Origin: Anthoceros angustus
Taxonomy: Eukaryota; Plantae; Anthocerotophyta
Direction: 5' to 3'
Assembly (NCBI GenBank): GCA_010909165.1
Contig: MU008163.1
Location: forward strand, 124,001-188,000
DNA length: 64,000 bases
The notes under the pieces are model-generated. The model saw only the letters and a program-made list of their open reading frames with translations, searched no databases and had not been told where the DNA came from. Shown piece after piece: positions 35,201 through 47,900 of this stretch (positions within the stretch are counted from its first letter, which is position 1; the number at the start of each line of letters is the position of its first letter). A program made the translations under genes and the position numbers.

Positions 35201-38200
35201 ATGTGCTAACATGATACCGGGAAGTCTCTTTCAATACTTTACAGATAGCTTGCAGTCTCAAAATGTCCAAATCACTTAGTGCGAGTGGTTTTGTTCCCTG
35301 TTACAACAAGCAGGGACACCTCATAATTCATTGATAACACAGCAAGCTTAAACCCTTATTCTTGTACATAGACAGCACATAAGTATATCAAATCACTCAA
35401 ATGAGGTAGTGTCAGTTACCTCATCTGCTGTCATAGCCACATTGAATTCCACCACTTTCTTTAGAATCCCATCATACTGAGCAGTGTCAAAAAAGAGTAA
35501 CCCTCGCTGCCAAAACATTTCTCAATAAGAGGTCTAGCAGGAGCACAGACTGAAACGAAGCACTTTGTTTGTTTCATCAAAACTTTGAGTGCAAAAGATA
35601 CTGGAAACATTTCTGAGGTCCCATGCCCTACAACTGAACGTTGCTAGTGAGGTACCTTTGGTACATGCTTCAAAGAATATGCTGGGAGTCCGTTTGAAGG
35701 AGTCACTGAAGTTGCGTCTATTCAGAGAAAGAGTTAAGGTGATCAGCGAGAAATTCTTGGAGCTGACTTTAGCTCCACAGCCTACTGACTTCTTCAGGTG
35801 TAAGCAAGTGTGACACCTACACCGCATGAAACACATTGCTACTGATATTGGAAATAGCAACAGAGATCTTACTGGTCGGCCATGATGGCTGTGCAGAAGG
35901 AACATACGCATTTGCTGAAAGGACACAGATTGCAGATGGATCAGCGCAGAACAGCTCAAGGATCATCCGGTGCACACTTGCATAACAAAGAATCGAAAAG
36001 TACCATGTCTTACTCACCCCCAGTGTAAGGATCGACATAACCACTGCCCAATTTTGGAGGTGCTTCCCCCGTATTTCTTAATATAAAGTCCACTACTTGA
36101 GATCTGTATGCCGAAGGCAAGTCCTCATCCATAAGCCACTTCTCTGCTACGTCATGCGGATTCTCTGCATGGAGTTCAAACTGTCAAACGACAACTGGAC
36201 ACAACCAATTTTCAACTCAGCTGGAGGAGCATTGGTAAAGGAAGAGATCAGGGCTTACGTCCTCTGTTGTATGGTAGTTTCCTTGGAGGTACACCATCAC
36301 CAATGTCAACATCAAAAACTGTGAAAGAGCATGAAATTAGCAAGCATTGAAATAAGTGAACGACAGTTCCAGTGCATTGAATTGAACTGGAACTGTCAAG
36401 TGGCATCAACATCTGTAGATAAGAATCTAACCATAGTCATATGTGACGCCATTAAGAGTGCGTTTGTCAATGGAATCAGATGGCCCATCCACAACTTCGC
36501 CAATCTACATAAGGCACCAATGACATCAGTAGACAGCTCATTGAAGTATTGGAATCCTGCATGCAATCACCACTCTGCACAGATTACCTTGTCCCACTTA
36601 TACTCTTGGTAGTTCCAGCTGTAAGCAACACCACTATTTCCCTCACGCACAATCTTGGTTTGGCCGTCTTTGGTGCCTGCATGGATCATGACAACCTAAG
36701 CATAGTCTTGCGCAAGTCCAGGTGTATGGCACATGGCTCCATACATAGTCAGGAACGCTACCAGATGCAGTCCAAGCTGTAGGTCACAGTACCCACCAGG
36801 TTGCTCAAGCACTTCAACACCGGGCAGGTCTGCAACCTTCACACCCCCAACTGTCGTCCTGCAGTGCAAGTGCAAACAATTAGTGATGAGCAGCAGGAAA
36901 ACTCTGGCAGTTAATCTTAAAGCATGGTCCTTAAAAGGTACGCACGACTCCAGTTTGAGTGCAGTGAGCTGCGCCTCATAAGCCTCTCTCTCAAGAGCTG
37001 GTGCAACACGTGAAGGATCTAGAGTCCACACTCTTGCTACGCCATCTGAGCATGCTGTGATAAGATCACCATTGGCCAGATACTTTACATCCCACACACA
37101 ACCAGGATGGTCAAGGCTTTGAAAACACACTCCATCTGCAAGGACAACACTTCCAGTAAGAACCATTTACCCCGAAAAGAAGCGATCAAAGACGAAGCAA
37201 GCATTAACTCCTAGAAAACCTCAAATCTGGATGCTGAGACGTTCCACAGACATGGGTAAGTAGCTTATTTATGCCCAGATGAAAGAAAATGCAATAACTT
37301 CCAAGACAAACCTCGCCAAATTTTGGCTTCACGATCTTCACTTCCAGATGCCACCTCCCCTAATGCATTCACTGCAACCGAGTAGATTATTGCAGTGTGT
37401 CCCACCAGCTCTTGCAGCACCTCCCCATTTGTGGACCACAGCCGAATTGTGCTGTTGAGTGTCGATGGTTGATCAGAATACTCGCAGATGCATTAGAAGC
37501 CAGTACATAAATGCTTGAGTGACTCAGCATGAAGCACACTCACCAATCATGAGAAGCTGACACTATGCCAACGTCTGGCAGATATGCTAGGGCCCGTACA
37601 GTATCTGTAAACTATAAAAGATTGGAGTGAAGCATTGGTTGAAGAAAAACTCTCTTTGACCATCAAGGTACAAACTATGATATCCTCCAAATCCAAGAAG
37701 CTTGCAACGATTACCTGTATGCCCTGAGACAGTATGCTGGCAGGTGGTTCCACGCCAGACCTTGATTGTCATATCGCTGGAACCTGTTATCCAAATGCTT
37801 CCATTAGAGATATTAGTGCAGATCACAAGGTCAAGTACTGGACATTTCAAAGGATTACTTCAGAAAGCCAACCTGTTACAAGCTCTTCAGAAGGCAGAGC
37901 TATTACAGCTTGAACAGGTCCCTGATGTCCCTTCAAAACATCCACGGCGTTCCCTTTCTTCCACCTCCGCACAGTGCTGTTCGCCACGTTGGTAATAGTA
38001 AGCAGCCACTCACTGCGCTCTGGCAACCACTAGGCCTACAGCTGCTAATTCATCCTATCCAGTGCCTTATGCTCTCTCTCGCAACCCGAGGTAGGTTTTG
38101 AAAATCGAATGCCATGAGAAGCAGCACAAACTGACCCGTCAACAGAAGCAGAGACAACCTCTCCCTGGCTGTCAATTGCAACACTGGTGACCTGCAGTTC

Positions 38201-38633
38201 GTGCCCCGTAAACTCCTTGATTACCGAAGCAGACCCAAGATCCCAAACCAAAACCCTTGCGTCCATTCCTCCCGACACCAGACCACCTGCGGGTAAATGC
38301 TCATTCGGAGGAATCCATGCAAGCGGTCCCACAAAGTTTCTGTGGCCAACGAGCGTCTGCGACAGCGAGTAGCCTCCATTGTGTCCCCCGTCCGGAACCC
38401 AAAACCTTACAGTCTTGTCTCTGGATGCTGTAGCTATTCCGGACTCCCCACAAACGCACAGGCCCCTCACCTGAATAGGTCACAAGACACAAGACAGAGC
38501 AAAATCGTCACGTCCATTCAAATCCGGAAATTTGTCTGGACAAGCCACAATTGAAACGCGAGCATACATCCTCCTCGTGGCCCTTCAGCTGGCATCGCAA
38601 CCTGTAACGCGGATGGTCCACCTCCATTTCCAT
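32235..38633 (-). CDS. PLAA: Phospholipase A2-activating protein / UFD3-DOA1 homolog (WD40-PFU-PUL); 3' part disrupted by a duplication (32368-33434 = 34110-35174)
   Basis: Exon 1 (38633-38568) is MEMEVDHPRYRLRCQLKGHEED, spliced to VRGLCVC..ATASRDKTVRFW..GHRNFVGPLAW. Further exons give GSSDMTIKVW, HPGCVWDVKYLANGDLITACSDGVARVW and, at the C-terminus, EVRFRSLVAIGSL..VARDLKCILD*. Confidence 0.88.
33426..34004 (+). pseudogene. Duplicate of the DYW:KP C-terminus and 3' flank inserted inside the PLAA locus
   Basis: CGHAEKLALAFG...MCSDCH...RDIVVRDGYRVHRFAAGCCSCKGRP* (stop at 33778). It is in frame where the main copy is shifted. Confidence 0.85.
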
Positions 38634-38857
38634 CGCAGGAGCTAAAGCAGAGTAATATTATCAGCTCCACAACGCTGACACAATACTCGACAAGAATTCG
38701 AGGTTCCAAGATTCGATTTTATAGGCACAACAATTTTGATGTTACCGAAAAAGGCGAAATTGGCAAAAAAGGCCACTTTTTGGGCGAGAGGGCGGGCAGG
38801 CCCCGGCAGCGGCAGCTGAAGAGTTTCGGCAGGTTCACGACGCATTTCGAGGCGACG
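38634..38857. promoter_or_regulatory. Very short divergent (head-to-head) intergenic region between PLAA and the DUF579 gene
   Basis: The start codons at 38633 (-) and 38858 (+) are 224 bp apart. No specific motif is assigned. Confidence 0.45.
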
Positions 38858-39724
38858 ATGAGGCCCCGCGCGTTTCCGATGAATCTGTACTTCGGCGCAT
38901 TGCTTTCCTTGATTGTGTGTCTGTTTTGCGGAAGACGGCCAGCTGAAGCCGCAGCAGAATGCCAGCCTGTAGCAGCCGATGTGGCTTGGGCTCTGGTGCA
39001 CTACGCCAAGAGCAATATCATTCCGCAGCAGACTGTGGAGGAGATTCTGGTGACGGAGAGAGTTCTTCGTGCTCGGGGGCCCTGCAACTTCCTCGTCTTC
39101 GGGCTCGGCTACGACACGCTTCTGTGGAAGAGTCTGAATCACGGTGGCCGGACTGTGTTTCTGGAGGAGTCGGAAGAATGGCTCAAGCAGGTGCGGGCTA
39201 ACCATTCGGGAGTGGAGGCTTACCTGGTCCGCTACTCCACGCAGCTTCTGCAGCAGGAGGAGCTTCTCCTCTACTCCAGGGCAGAGGGAAAGGGAGATTG
39301 TGCTCCTTATCAGGATCTTGCATCATCCAAGTGCAGATTGGCACTGACTGGCTTACCGCCAGAGCTGTACCAGGTTGAGTGGGATGTCATCCTGATTGAC
39401 GCGCCTCAGGGATGGTTTCCCGAAGCTCCTGGCAGAATGTCGGCCATTTTCTCTGTGGCCGTGCTAGCGAGGTCCAGATCGTCGGGCGGATACACCGACA
39501 TTATGCTGCACGACATCGACCGGCCTGCAGAACGAAGTTATGCGGAGGAGTTTCTGTGTGAGGAGAACAGAGTTGGTGGTGCTGACATTCTCTGGCATTT
39601 CCAAATCGCTCCGAGCAAGAAAGATGCTTTTTGTTCCATCCCTGCAGGGCTAGAACAAAAGGCAGGTTCCGGGATTCCTTCTCAGGTGTCGGAAGCTGAC
39701 CCGTACTCTCACTCTGAGCTATGA
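38858..39724 (+). CDS. DUF579 polysaccharide O-methyltransferase (GXM/AGM/IRX15 family), intronless
   Basis: N-terminal TM segment, then PCNFLVFGLG..LNHGGRTVFLEE, CRLALTGLPPELYQVEWDVILIDAP and EAPGRMSAIFS..TDIMLHDIDR..EEFLC. Confidence 0.92.
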   Translation: MRPRAFPMNLYFGALLSLIVCLFCGRRPAEAAAECQPVAADVAWALVHYAKSNIIPQQTVEEILVTERVLRARGPCNFLVFGLGYDTLLWKSLNHGGRTVFLEESEEWLKQVRANHSGVEAYLVRYSTQLLQQEELLLYSRAEGKGDCAPYQDLASSKCRLALTGLPPELYQVEWDVILIDAPQGWFPEAPGRMSAIFSVAVLARSRSSGGYTDIMLHDIDRPAERSYAEEFLCEENRVGGADILWHFQIAPSKKDAFCSIPAGLEQKAGSGIPSQVSEADPYSHSEL

Positions 39725-39906
39725 AGCATGCCGCCTTCTACTGCTGTAGTGAATTAATCTGGACTGCTCAGGTTCGTTCCTGTTACCACTTGGAAGTTGG
39801 CTGTCCAGTCTGCTACTCCATATCACATCAGTGGATGACTTCAGATCCTAAAACAATGGCCAACAGGACAACTCTTTGCGGTGATTAATACATCGACCGA
39901 GAGAGA

Positions 39907-40052
39907 CTGTGGCATGGCATCTCGGTTCTCATCTCAGCATCTCCATCGAAGCTGCCGGGTGCAGAGTCGCATGTGCTGTCGTGGCATGGCATCTTGGTTC
40001 TCATCCCAGTATCTCCATCGAAGCTGCCGGATGCAGAGTCGCATGTGCTGTC
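39907..40052. repeat. ~72-bp tandem duplication
   Basis: gtggcatggcatct(c/t)ggttctcatc(t/c)cag(c/t)atctccatcgaagctgccgg(g/a)tgcagagtcgcatgtgctgtc occurs twice. Confidence 0.85.
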
Positions 40053-40376
40053 ATCACCAAATTCACCCGCGACAGCCAGGTGCGAATCGCATGCAAAAGA
40101 TTCCGCTGCACAGATGAAATTGTCCTGGCCGATGGCCAATGATTGTGAACCGTCCATCTTTATTTGTCCAGAAGAAATGCGGCAGGCATTGTTAGCAATA
40201 GTTTATAATAGTTATGGGATTGGCAAATATGTACAGAATACTACATACGTAGCACATTCCGACATATACAGACATTTGTAACCAGGTCTCCAGCTCCTCA
40301 CTCTCAAAGCTTCGGGTGCCTTCTTCCGCAGGTGGCCTTCCGCTCTAGCCATCTGAAAGGTTCCTAGATAGCACCA

Positions 40377-42729
40377 TCAAGCGGTAGCCTTGGCGTCGCA
40401 AATGGCAGCCAGCGCGGGATGCAACGATGCGACAGCTGTGGCATTCAATACCAGCGTCCCTACCAGCTCCAGGAAACGGTGGCAAGCAGCTCCTACGTCG
40501 ACGTGAGCAACGCCACTCAGCGCGGCGTTGACTGCGTCACCCGCCAAGGCAACCACGTCCTCCGCCTCCTCGACGGCCAGCACCAGATCCGAGCCGAACG
40601 CCACGGCCGCCGAGTCCAAGCCGGAGATCATGCCCAGCATGAGAGACGCGGCCAAGTCGCCCAGCTGCGGCGCCGAAGCAGCCGCGTGGGCCAGATGGTC
40701 CGGCGCCGGGGCCAATTGCACGAGGTGCGGGGGGGAAGAGGCCAGGTCCGGTTTGGGCCCGTTGGAGAAGCCGTACGACAGCAGGGTGGTCTTGAGGGCC
40801 ACTTTGGCCTCCGTCAGCAGCTTCTGGGCCTGCGCCGCGTAGTACGGGAACTTGAGCTGGGAGGTGAGAAGCGCGCCTGGGAGATGGTCCGCCGAGACGC
40901 TGCGCTTCGACGGCTGCAAACTGTCGGGATGGCGCGCCAGCCAGTGGGCGAAGAAGCCTGCGAGAAGCAACACCCAGCCTGCCAGGGCTGCCGACTCCAC
41001 CACCGTCTCGTTGCGCAGGAGGAAAGTGAAGAGCGCTCCCCACATGGGAATCGTGGTGTAAATCAGAGTGGCGGTAGAAGCGTGTACCCAACGCAGGCCG
41101 CGAAGCTCCAGCCAGTTGCACAACCCGACGCACACCAGCCCGCAGTAGAGCAGCGGGACCCAGGGCAGGGCGCCCACCTGTTGCGCCAGTTGGGCCCAAC
41201 TGGTGCCGGTTTGCCAAACCACGACGCACTCCCAGACCGCGCTCAGCGCCGCCACAACTCCCAGCTGCACAGCGGTTAGGAGAAACGCGTCGAAGCGGCC
41301 TCCAGCCGTTTCGGCGCGGACGATGTGTAGGGCGTTGGAGAGCGTTCCTGCCACGCTCCAAAGGTCGCCGGTTTGCGGCACGGAAAAGCCTTGCCATCCG
41401 GATCCCTCCTCTTCCAACAGCCCCATCCCTGCCAGACAAACAGGCAATCTGTGAGCTGCATTTCAGGGATTCTAAAATTTCGACCGAACATTGCGATCAA
41501 AAGTGAAGCACACGAAGAACGACGGACCGAACATGGCACTTAAAAGTGAAGCAAGTAAAGAAAGACTGAAAGAAGCGACCCGTGCAGACTGCAGAGCCTT
41601 TACCTGATAGGGCAGCAAGCGTAGCAAGCCATGTGATCTTGCTCACGTCTCTTCCGGCACAAATCTCCATCAGCGGTACAAAAATCACCTGCCAAGATTT
41701 GCAGCCATGCCATCAGCCCCAAATCGCATGAAATGGAGACAATCCCTCGCAACCATAGCTGGAGAAGGAAACGACCTAACACGCCTTCTGGTCTCGGGAA
41801 CTCACAGAAAGTGCAAACAGCCAGGATGCGTTGTTCCAAGCTGCGTTCGAGTTGTGGCTGAGGCTGTCAAAGACCATGGCAGCAAAAAGATATCCGCCGA
41901 GCTCGGTTCCCGCTTTCACCAATTGATGATCCCTTTTCTTGAACGCGGTCAGCAGAGCCGGAAAGAAGACGGTGGCAGCCGCAGTGCAACGCACCAGGGA
42001 CGAAAGACTAGCTGCCGGTGCAGCTGCACCGAAGTCGAGGCCTCCAGATCCATCAACAAATTTGCTCACAACGGTTCCCGTTCCATAGAGAGCGGCCAGA
42101 ATATTGAGCAGCATTAAGCTCTTCAGTCTCCTGCTCCTCTTGAGCTGTTCCACGGCTGCTCGAACCTTGGAATTCTGTGCTTTCGGATTCGGATCCGGAT
42201 CCGGATCCGGACTCTGCAAGCAGGAGGCTTGCAGAATCGTGATGCCATGGCCGGGGATGGTTATGAGATACACTAACGATCCCGGAACGTGAATCAGCTG
42301 GTAAGCTATACCGGAATCTTGAGCCGCTTGATGACCGGATTGCCAATTCACGTCCTCTTCGCACTCGGATGCAAGACTGATCCCTCTTCCAAGCAGCCTT
42401 TCACGCACTCCTTCGCGCTGTGCGCTATTGTCGATTGCATCCAAGCCGGCGCCACCAGCCAGCGAAGTGCTACTAGTGCGGCCAAACCTCTGCAAATCGA
42501 GCGAAACTGCTGAAATGTACGATAAGCAGGCTGCTTGATTCTTGCCCTTGCATCCCGCACTCGCCGTCACACGAGCCTTAAGCTTGCCCTGCCTTGTGCT
42601 ACCATGATCTTTTTTCACTTCCGGCCATCGGCCTGCAACAGGAGTAGTCCGGGTGTGGTGATGGATGCGTGTCCTCACATGCTGCAGGAAAGCGGGCTGC
42701 AAATTTCCACAAGGAATGCTAATCAGCAT
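40377..42729 (-). CDS. EamA/DMT-family membrane transporter with probable plastid transit peptide; exons ~42729-41806, ~41688-41606, ~41430-40377
   Basis: LMLLNILAALYGTGTVVSK..SLVRCTAAA..AGTELGGYLF, VIFVPLMEICAGRDV..WLATLAALSG and WVPLLYCGLVCVGLCNWLE..VHASTATLIYTTIPMWGALFTFLLRNE are two EamA half-repeats. Confidence 0.8.
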
Positions 42730-43384
42730 TGCGGGGGCCAATGGACCCGAGCTCCAGAGATGCAACAGTGCACAGCGCTGGCGGCCGTGGCCTGAGGAAG
42801 TTGGAGCTGCGGTTGCTTGGATCTCAAGGTTCCAAGTACTTGGTCTCAGCGGCGAGCTCGCACGAAGGCGGAGGCGAAGGCGAAGGCGGAGGCGTGCTCA
42901 CCAGCCCGCGGTCGTGGTCCAGGACTCCGGTGCAGAGAAGCAACGTTGGTGGGAATGCACGCGGGAAGAAGGCTCGTTGGAGTCACATCCTTCCTGGACA
43001 GGCCCTGCCAAGTGTTCGGCGCGTCGCAGGCCGCCCGCTCCCAATTGACCGGACAGTAAAAAGAACGGTTGTCCTGAGAGAGCATCTACCGTGCTGGCGC
43101 TTGTAGTTCACATGGTTGGTTATAGGAAGCCACCGTGATCCGTCGTATGGCAGCCGCTGCTTATCAGCTGGGCAGATTCTCAGCCTTTCCACCCCGAGGC
43201 AACCAGCACGTTCTCACCAACATAACCGCAACAAAATACACGACCTAGATATTTGGCAGACTGCACGAAGGCTCAAGCCGGTAAGTCGCTCGAGTTCGGT
43301 TGAGGGAATGACTCGACACTAGGTGATGAGTTTTTTTTTAAATTTTAGACTTTAGTATTTTATTTGATTTCATTTAGGGCTCCG

Positions 43385-43592
43385 AAAGGCCTTATAACAG
43401 CGGAAATACACCAGCTAGGAAGCCGTGAAGAGCCTTCCAGCATGAGACCACTACCAGCTAAGGCCGCTAAGAGCCTTACAACACAACAAGAACCCGTAAC
43501 GGGCTAAGGGCCTTACAATACAGCAATAGTGCATAACGGGGCAAGGGCCTTATAACACAACAAGAGCTCGTAACGTGCGAAGGGCCTTTCAC
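43385..43592. repeat. Six spaced copies of a short core aa(g/a)(g/a)gcctt with 37-43 bp period
   Basis: gcctt cores lie at about 43389, 43432, 43473, 43510, 43547 and 43584. The intervening sequence is partly variable and partly similar (acacaacaaga.c.cgtaac twice). Confidence 0.65.
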
Positions 43593-44299
43593 TATGAGCC
43601 CATTATGAATTAAACAATGCAGATCATGTATCAAAGCCGAGGAGTCGACTATTAGGTGGACAGCGGGGATCATATATGAAAGAGATCATCTATTAGAAGG
43701 AGTTCTTATGAACTCCTAGCTATGCAAGCAACGAGGGCCACGTGACTAAGGGGTCGCTCGAGGCCAAGTGACTAAGGGATTGCTTAATCAAGGAGTTCTT
43801 TCTTACGAACTCATAGCTTAGGGATGTCACTCCTTGGTAAGGTGAGGACATGGAAATAAGAAAAACTTTATTGAGGGAGAAAAGATGATGGGGGGAGCTC
43901 ATCTCAGAGAACGAAATGATGATTTTCAATGAATTATTAAGATGATAAGAACACCCAGGGTTCAAGCTGAACAAAATTTTCAATGTGAATTATTGATGGA
44001 CACTAATTAATGATGTCAATCCTCGGTGGGGGAGGATTACATTTTTCAATGAACTGGTGATAGCGAGACACAAAAAAAATTGAATACATTTGATGAATGA
44101 GTGAGAGTGATAATGCCACCAGGAGGTTCGAACCGGATAACAAAGCTGAACCTTATTGAAACGCTCAAAGATAAGTGGCAAACTTCCGCGCGATGGAGGT
44201 TTTCGGCTAGCCGTAAAAATCAAGTGGCCAGGGCCCATCGACCAGGCAGAGCGGGCATGACCATGTAGTCCATACCCTCTCAGCACCGCCATATGAATA

Positions 44300-44745
44300 T
44301 GTATATACCTCATGCCACGGCAACCGGTCACGCCAGGACCCAACAAGGGCAACCGGTCACGCCAAACCCAACAAGGGTTACCACGTATGCCATCGGCAAT
44401 CCGGGTCACGCCAGACCCAACAAGGGCAACCCGGGTCACCCCAAACCCAACAAGGGTTACCACGTCCAGACATAGGGTGTAAAAGTGTTAAACATGTTTA
44501 ACAGTCCGACACACAAATATGTATATACCTCTGTATGCCACCGGCAACCCGGGTCACGCCAGACCCAACAAGGGCAACCCGGGTCACGCCAAACCCAACA
44601 AGGGTTACCACGTATGCCATCGGCAATCCGGGTCACGCCAGACCCAACAAGGGCAACCCGGGTCACCCCAAACCCAACAAGGGTTACCACGTCCAGACAT
44701 AGGGTGTAAAAGTGTTAAACATGTTTAACAGTCCGACACACAAAA
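44300..44745. repeat. Hierarchical repeat: two ~225-bp blocks, each containing four ~28-bp units (ggcaa(c/t)ccgggtcac(g/c)cca(g/a)acccaacaag); probable MULE subterminal repeats
   Basis: Seen directly. Both blocks end in acatagggtgtaaaagtgttaaacatgtttaacagtccgacacacaaa. Confidence 0.85.
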
Positions 44746-44974
44746 TGCTAGCAAGACGGATTGAGACCGGGATCTCCTAGGTGTAGAGGGCTGATCCGAC
44801 ACCGAACCAAAGCGTTTGCGATAACTACAAGCAAGACAAGTGTAATAATATACAAACCTTAATTGTATATGCTTTTTTATCAATGAGTATGTCTTGTGAA
44901 CGACATGGTGCTGCAAGAATGTATTTTTTACAATCGATGTGCAGTGGTGACAGGTTTGATCTGGTTCACTTGTC

Positions 44975-47900
44975 CTCAAAATTGACCATATCAAGGTTTA
45001 TGTCTAACACAAACACTAACTTAAGATGTCTTCCAATGTACTCTACGCATTCTCCTTGCTTCCTCCTACGTTCCAAGTTACCTTCTTCTTCTTCTTCTTT
45101 GGAGGAGAGAAGAAGGATTTAAGGCTGGCCTTGTTGCTTGGGCCTCCTGCTGGTTGGAAAGCTTGTAGTGGTGGGCGCTCACTGTGACCAGTAGTTTCCT
45201 CCATTTGTGCTATCTGCTCCTTGACAGCTAGTAACGTTTTCTGAACAAGCATGTCAGCCTGGAATACAATGCCATCATTCATGTACACACAATCCCACAA
45301 CTCCTTGCACCCTTTCTCCACACTTGCCATCTTCTTTTCCTTCAATTCTTGAGCGGGACTTGCAAGATTAAACCCTCGGTGGTACACTTGGTGTGCAGTA
45401 CTCATCCAATGAAGCTCGCAAGGTTGACATTTCACCACCCTCTGTACACTGAAGACAACTTAATCGCAATGTTGTGTCCACTTCCTCCCCCACCTTGCCA
45501 TTGGTAGCAAACTTGCAAGGACCATGTATGGGCAAAGACTCCAAGTATCTGCTGGACTTTCACGACATGCTTGCATAAAAATGTTTGTTGTCCTTGTGGA
45601 CAGATGCAAGTTGCCCACATAGACATTGGATTGTCAATCACATAAGTTGCCTCTGAAGGATCTGATGTGGACAAACACTTAGCCATGCTATATGGCTCCG
45701 TTGGGAGGGACACCATGTCCTCTGAGATATTATTTACAATGATCGCATATCGTACACTGTTCTCGGTATTGACCACGTACCCTCCCTCCTTACAATGGTT
45801 TTGGTACCAAAAGTGAGTAGCCACCACGAAACATAATTGATGAAGCAACCAATCAACTCAGCGACCATGAATCCCCACTTTTGAGTAAGCTAACCTTTCC
45901 TTCAAGAATCTATGCCACGCTTCAATGGAGGAAACGCAGTCTTGTTCGGCATGAGGTATTGTGCGAGCGGCCTTCAAGAACATATCTGGAAGGACAGAAA
46001 GGGCATGAGAATAATTGTTGAAGTGTGCCGTAACCACACTAGTACCTGATCAAGCGACACACCAGTGAGAAACCTTTGAATCTAGAAGTCATGGTAAGTT
46101 GGAAAAAGCGTTTACATACGGAAACCTTGTCAACTCATATCAAAACTGCACAAAAAGCATACCATTCTGTTCATCTCGTTGAGAGCTACAAAATAGTATA
46201 TAGTATGACAAGACTAATAAGGACTGGAGAAAGGAATAAGGCATGAAAGCCATGTTATATCAAATAATGCCATAGTAGGAAAACGTTTGAAGTCAGTATC
46301 TTGTGCAAACCTTTGAATTCAACAAAAGGCATCGTTAGAATTGTCTTAGCAAGACAAACAGTTTGGTGTATGACTTGTTAATCCAAACTCTTGGAGGAAG
46401 TTGAGCTATGAAGACAAGCGCTTGAAGACACAATGATCCATGTGAAGCAAAAGGACATCAAGCAATTGCACAAACCAAAACCAAACAAACCTGACTGCCA
46501 AGATCGATGAATCTGCCTTTGGTTGATTGGTTTGTGACAATTGGCTCGGACCCTTTGTCCATACTCTTGCAAAATTGGTTGGTGCTCCACTATAGCTATT
46601 CATTCCGCCAACGAAATCTTGCACACGTTCCCAAGGAATGTGTGCAACTCGGGCCTCCTTCACATGTCTAGGAGCTGAAGAATTCTTGTACAATAATTTG
46701 TACAATCTAAAACGTCCGTGGGCGCTTCAATGGAAAGGACAATCCTTGGCAAGTCAACTTCCACCATCTCGCTTAACCTCACGCTCATTTAGCGGCTAAA
46801 GCTTCGAGCCGCCATCAGATAATCCACACTCATTTGGCACATTGCGAGCTAACGAAATTAGGTTTCCACCATTCTAGTTAGATTAGATTCAAAAGACAAA
46901 ATGCCGCTCAAACGAGCCCATGTCTAATGGAGCGGTGGCGTGAATTGGTGGACCATATAGGCGATCTCGTCATGGATGTTAATGGCAATGAGAGACATGC
47001 ACCATGAAGTATACCAATGTCGGTAGACTCGGCCACGATTTCTGACCTGAGGGTTTAGAGACTCTTGGCAGAGTTTACCATCACCGCTGGAGTATCGATG
47101 AGCGACCCGGGATGCTTGGAGAGAGGCGGCGCCGCTCATCGCTGAGCTCGCCATGCCATGAGGGTGTGTCGGGACAAGTGAGTCTCGGGGCCAGGTTTTA
47201 AGGTTTTGTATTCTTTCACCGACACTACAAGGAGGGGCTACTTTTACAAATGGGTCTAAGTTTAGTTAGAGGAAACTACAACACTCTTATTGTAAAGTCG
47301 TTGTACCCAGAGACGTCTCAAACTTAGATGTTGTAATTCCTTTTGCAATTGGGATGTTGTAAATGGTTTTGTAAAAAGCATTGTAAATAGGTGACATGGC
47401 AAGGTTGTTGACTAGGCGCCACATGGCAATTGGCACCACGTCATCACATGGTGATAATGCAAATGCATCATAAAGTTTTCATAGATATGGACCTTGCAAC
47501 AAAAAATGATCAAGCTCAACAAAAATGATAGGTACCACCTATGAGCACATGAGATACCATCTAAATTAAACATCAGGTTTATAATTTCAATAAGGATGTT
47601 GTGTTTCTATCGTTGTTAAACTTAGTGAACCAATGGCTGTCCACTTATCCTCAACTCCATGATATCACTCAAAATTGACCATATCAAGGTTTATGTCTAA
47701 CACAAACACTAACTTAAGATGTCTTCCAATGTACTCGCATTCTCCTTGCTTCCTCCTACGTTCCAAGTTACCTTCTTCTTCTTCTTCTTTGGAGAGAAGA
47801 AGGATTTAAAAGCCTTGTTGCTTGGGCCTCTGCGGTTGGAAAGCTTGTAGTGGTGGCGCTCACGTGACCGAGTTTCCTCCATTTGTGCTATCCGCTCCTT

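Noticed and set aside
40419-41439. 286-aa (+) and 300-aa (-) ORFs over the EamA last exon
   Set aside because: These are alternative-frame ORFs in GC-rich coding DNA.
43385-43592. CRISPR-like repeat-spacer array
   Set aside because: The conserved core is only ~10-15 bp and degenerate, and some spacers resemble each other. It is better explained as a diverged minisatellite or TE subterminal repeat.
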